Of a stretch of DNA of 64,000 nt, positions 62,228 to 64,000 are shown piece by piece. The position numbers and the translations under genes were made by a program. The DNA lies in the NCBI RefSeq assembly GCF_009834535.1, contig NC_045713.1, positions 5,828,001 through 5,892,000 of the forward strand, in the 5' to 3' direction. The DNA is from Camelus ferus (taxonomy: Eukaryota). The notes under the pieces are model-generated. The model made no database searches and was not told the DNA's origin. It was given only the letters and a program-made list of their open reading frames with translations. Within the stretch, counting starts at the first letter, position 1; each line of letters starts with the position of its first letter.

Positions 62228-62600
62228 TACTTCATTCATTCATTCATTCACTCACTCACTCACTAAATGTGTACTGAGAGTCAGGCTTACAGAGACGCAA
62301 AAATTCAAGCCCCAGGCCTGCCCACCCCGAGGACAGCGTGGGAGGGGACACACGGGGAGGTGGGGACAGAGAGCGCCAGGTTTCACAGAGGGATGGCTCT
62401 GCTTGGGGGTGGGGTGGTAGGTGGGTCTAGTGCGGCTGTGAGTGACAACACGGAGGTGAGGACAGAGGAAACGGTGCAGGTGCGGGGGAGGGCGGGCTCT
62501 GGGAGGGGAAGGGTGAAGCTACTGCAGTCGCCCCCGGGCCAGTGGTCCTCCAGGCAGGGGGGCCTGCATGAAGCTGGAGGCAGCGGAGAACAGGCCTCTT
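62228..62600 (-). mobile_element. L2 3' fragment with (TTCA)n/(CTCA)n tail
   Basis: ttcattcattcattcattcactcactcactcactaaatgtgtactgag... Confidence 0.65.
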
Positions 62601-63733
62601 CCTGACCCCAGGTCGCAGCTAAAGGGAGCCCGACCAGAGAGACTGCGGGGCGAACTACAGTCATCAGTCCCTCTTCTGCTCTCTTCCCGCTCCCCTTTGT
62701 GGCAAGGGCAAAGTCTTCAGACAACTTTCAAAGATGCTAAAGACCCACAAAAGATAAGTGAAGAAAACTGGCTGTACACCATGGGGTTCAAACATTCAGA
62801 CGCTCAACCTGAGGTGGGAATGATTCATCCGCAGACGTGCGCAGGAGCCTGAGATGTGTAACTCCATCCCGTCGGTGGCTCCTGGAGATGCCGTGTAAAC
62901 AGAAGGTGTCTGTGGGGAATGTTCATATACTTGGAGAACCCCTGGAAGGTCCATGTGTATAAACAGTGCAAAACCAACAAGATGGTAACCCATGCTTAAG
63001 ACTTAATGTGGTGAATTATTTTGGAACACGCCTTAGAAGGGTCCTACTTTGGAGTCCAAAATTACCTCTAACAAAATATGTATTTCAAATTCAAGGGTCT
63101 AGACGAAATAAGAAAAACTCCCCCCTCGAACAGGGGGGCATAATTCAGTCTCCTGCCCCCATCAGGTGCCAGCTCTCCCGGGCAGTTCTCTCCCAGACAG
63201 GGTTAACAGGAACCGGCAGGTCATCCCTGACTCCCAGTACCACCGCCACCCTCAGAGAGCGCCAGGCCCTTCCAGAAAGGCATTTCTTTCTGGTGGTCTT
63301 GGTGAAAGAGTTCAGGGGAATGAGCGGTTTCTGCCGGACAGGGGATCACAAGATCGCATGACTTCCTCTGAACGTCCCCAGCGCGTCGCGCCCGGGCCTG
63401 CAGCGCTCTGAGGCAACTCTTATGACTCTTCACAACACGAGGCCCTTCCCCAATTCCCCCGACGTGATAGGAACGCTATGAGAACGGATGGCACCATGGA
63501 TATCGTATAAAATGGTATGTCCAGAGAGGGTTTCTTCTAGACAAAACATCTTTTGGAGAGATTATAGAAACAAAGTTTAATAAATTAAAATATAATACAT
63601 GCTTTGGGTCAAGCAGTGTAAGCTGACAGTGGCTGACTGGCATCTTCTGGAATGGTTCTCGGGTTAGCAAGTCACTGGTGTCCACACACACGACCACCCA
63701 GAGCTCCATCAGTGCTTCACTGGGGCCTCTTTT

Positions 63734-63835
63734 TTGTTCTTTTTTTCTTTTTTAGTGGAGGTACTGGGGATTGAACCCAGGACCTCATGCATGCTAAGCA
63801 CGTGATCTACCACTGAGCTATACCGTCCCCTCTCC
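63734..63835 (-). mobile_element. Young tRNA-Ala(AGC)-derived camelid SINE (Vic-1-like, short form) with a perfect 16-bp TSD
   Basis: Reverse complement ggggacggtatagctcagtggtagatcacgtgcttagcatgcatgaggtcctgggttcaatccccagtacctcca plus an A-rich tail; TSD cactggggcctctttt at 63718-63733 and 63836-63851. Confidence 0.93.
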
Positions 63836-63885
63836 CACTGGGGCCTCTTTTGGACACTTTTCCTGCAGATATGCATGTAGATATA

Positions 63886-63907
63886 CAGACAGACAGACAG
63901 ACAGACA

Positions 63908-63939
<32 letters not shown>
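63886..63939 (+). repeat. Compound (CAGA)6(CA)15 microsatellite
   Basis: Seen directly. Confidence 0.98.
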
Positions 63940-63941
<2 letters not shown>

Positions 63942-64000
63942 CCAACAAGCTGACTACTCCATCTCTATCTGTGCCTTTACTTTTCCAGACTACAAGCTCC

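Larger units (their letters stand above)
1..64000 (-). other. CUX1: Internal part of the CUX1 transcription unit: intron 2 (46626-64000, partial), exon 3, intron 3 (19152-46577, 27,426 bp), exon 4, intron 4 (1-19072, partial)
   Basis: Two exons in the correct order, strand and phase for CUX1. I did not find the flanking exon peptides (...SREFKKNTPE upstream, [29 protein letters not shown]... downstream), so they probably lie outside the window. Exon numbering follows the recalled human gene. Confidence 0.93.

Noticed and set aside
63757-63830. Functional tRNA-Ala(AGC) gene (also considered for 55313-55385)
   Set aside because: There are extra bases in the 5' acceptor strand, the D-stem pairing is broken, and it has an A-rich tail and TSD with no oligo-T terminator. 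These features mark a SINE.
1-64000. CRISPR array, operon, intact retroelement, nested gene, miRNA/snoRNA or other novel multi-component system
   Set aside because: I saw no spaced direct-repeat array, no intact long ORF and no convincing structured-RNA motif by eye. An Rfam/Infernal scan and a homology search would be needed to exclude small RNAs formally.

Overview
Mammalian intronic DNA from a draft assembly with three N gaps. It is probably from a camelid, because the only young SINEs seen are tRNA-Ala(AGC)-derived Vic-1-like elements and I saw no Alu, BovB/Bov-tA or PRE-1. The only coding sequence I can support is two small minus-strand CUX1 exons with canonical GT-AG boundaries: 46578-46625 (DLRKQVAPLLKSFQGE, human exon 3 equivalent) and 19073-19151 ([26 protein letters not shown], exon 4 equivalent). 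They encode part of the N-terminal coiled-coil region shared by CUX1 and its CASP isoform. The rest is CUX1 intron 2, 3 and 4: old transposons (L1, L2, MIR, MLT1 LTRs, hAT-Charlie and TcMar remnants), a few younger L1 3' ends and SINEs, microsatellites, and non-repetitive islands that look regulatory. None of the provided ORFs is a credible gene. I found no evidence of a new multi-gene biological system. The best leads are a CpG-dense triplet-repeat element in intron 3, a multi-layer nested transposon stack in intron 4, and the splice architecture of exon 3. Repeat family names come from recalled consensus sequences rather than a search, and repeat boundaries are approximate.
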